In this document: in pieces, positions 63,518-64,000 of the stretch
Numbering within the stretch: the stretch's first letter is position 1
Layout: the number at the start of each line of letters is the position of its first letter
Source of the DNA: Candidatus Limnocylindria bacterium
GTDB taxonomy: Bacteria; Chloroflexota; Limnocylindria; P2-11E
DNA length: 64,000 nt
NCBI GenBank assembly: GCA_036564905.1
Contig: DATCOD010000077.1
Coordinates: 11,363 to 75,362 of the forward strand
Reading direction: 5' to 3'
Notes under the pieces: generated by a model
Database searches by the model: none
The model's input: only the letters and a program-made list of their open reading frames with translations
What the model was told of the DNA's origin: nothing
Position numbers and translations under genes: made by a program

Positions 63518-64000
63518 CTAATAGTCCATCCCGCCGCCACCGGGCATCGCCGGGGCCTTGTCCTTCTCGGGCAGGTCCGTGATGAGGGCCTCGGTGGTGA
63601 GGATCATCGCCGCGACGGAGGCGCCGTTCTCCAGAGCGGAGCGGGTGACCTTCGCCGGATCGATGATGCCGGTCTTCACCAGGTCGACGATCTCGTTCTT
63701 GATCACGTCGTAGCCCCAGGTGCCGGACTTCGACTCGGACTGCTTGCGACGCACGCCCTCGAGCATCACGCCGCCGTCCTGGCCGGCGTTCGCCACGAGC
63801 TGGCGGAAGGGCTCTTCGAGCGCGCGGCGGAGGATGTTCACGCCGGTGAGCTCGTCGCCGGAGGCCTGGACCTTGTCCAGGGCCTTGACGGCGTTCAGGA
63901 GCGCGACCTCACCGCCCGGAAGGATGCCCTCCTCGACGGCCGCACGGGCCGCGGAGAGCGCGTCCTCGACGCGGTGCTTCTTCTCCTTCAGCTCGATCTC
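63518..64000 (-). CDS. groEL: chaperonin GroEL, C-terminal part only (the gene continues beyond the window end)
   Basis: The minus-strand translation ...[73 protein letters not shown]...[55 protein letters not shown] stays open to position 64000. Confidence 0.9.
   Translation of the reverse strand, partial: EIELKEKKHRVEDALSAARAAVEEGILPGGEVALLNAVKALDKVQASGDELTGVNILRRALEEPFRQLVANAGQDGGVMLEGVRRKQSESKSGTWGYDVIKNEIVDLVKTGIIDPAKVTRSALENGASVAAMILTTEALITDLPEKDKAPAMPGGGGMDY

Overview
This is a 64 kb, high-GC (~70%), densely packed chromosomal window, mostly minus-strand, with the look of core genome from a high-GC Gram-positive-type organism (Actinobacteria or Chloroflexi-like). I found no transposase, integrase, CRISPR array or phage genes; the many long ORFs antisense to real genes are GC artefacts. 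Unless stated otherwise, coordinates follow the supplied ORF track, and sites I derived by reading the sequence may be off by +/-1 nt.

Genes I can support, in order along the window:
- The 5' end of a family-5 ABC substrate-binding protein gene, running off the window start.
- secG.
- A GT-C-like membrane protein, then gpmI, tpiA, whiA and rapZ, all translationally coupled.
- A Psp-like envelope-stress module: DUF360/YvlD, a SHOCT protein, a toastrack (DUF4097) protein and a DUF2089 zinc-ribbon/HTH protein, with a decayed ABC-2 permease remnant embedded in it.
- uvrC.
- An iclR-glcDEF-MFS-membrane operon.
- A CvpA-CAP fusion.
- uvrA, an unknown membrane protein and uvrB as one tightly coupled unit, with a Cheo-type LexA box 20 nt upstream of uvrB.
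- A divergent orphan tadE/cpaB pair.
- coaE, an ABC-F ATPase, fpg and polA, chained by overlapping stop/start codons.
- An ECF sigma/anti-sigma pair with a divergent CheY-like receiver and a suhB-like gene.
- tRNA-Leu(CAA).
- A GAF-PAS histidine kinase.
- dnaE, which has no canonical start codon upstream of its conserved PHP motif.
- A polytopic-membrane/EEP-nuclease fusion and a triple-GAF protein.
- aceB and an MFS transporter.
- nif3 and gatB.
- Two insert genes and an aminotransferase sitting between gatB and gatA-gatC.
- A DUF2236 oxygenase-like gene and a DoxX-like membrane protein.
- A second orphan histidine kinase.
- An uncharacterised AAA+ ATPase.
- ligA and pcrA.
- sigK-rskA with an unusually long AT-richer leader.
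- A bidirectional terminator hairpin and the 3' end of groEL, which runs off the window end.

The loci most worth a second look are the SOS-linked uvrB-orf-uvrA unit with its divergent tad pair, the toastrack/SHOCT/DUF360 module carrying a permease pseudogene with an in-frame TAG, the dnaE start, the AAA+ ATPase, and the membrane-EEP/GAF pair.
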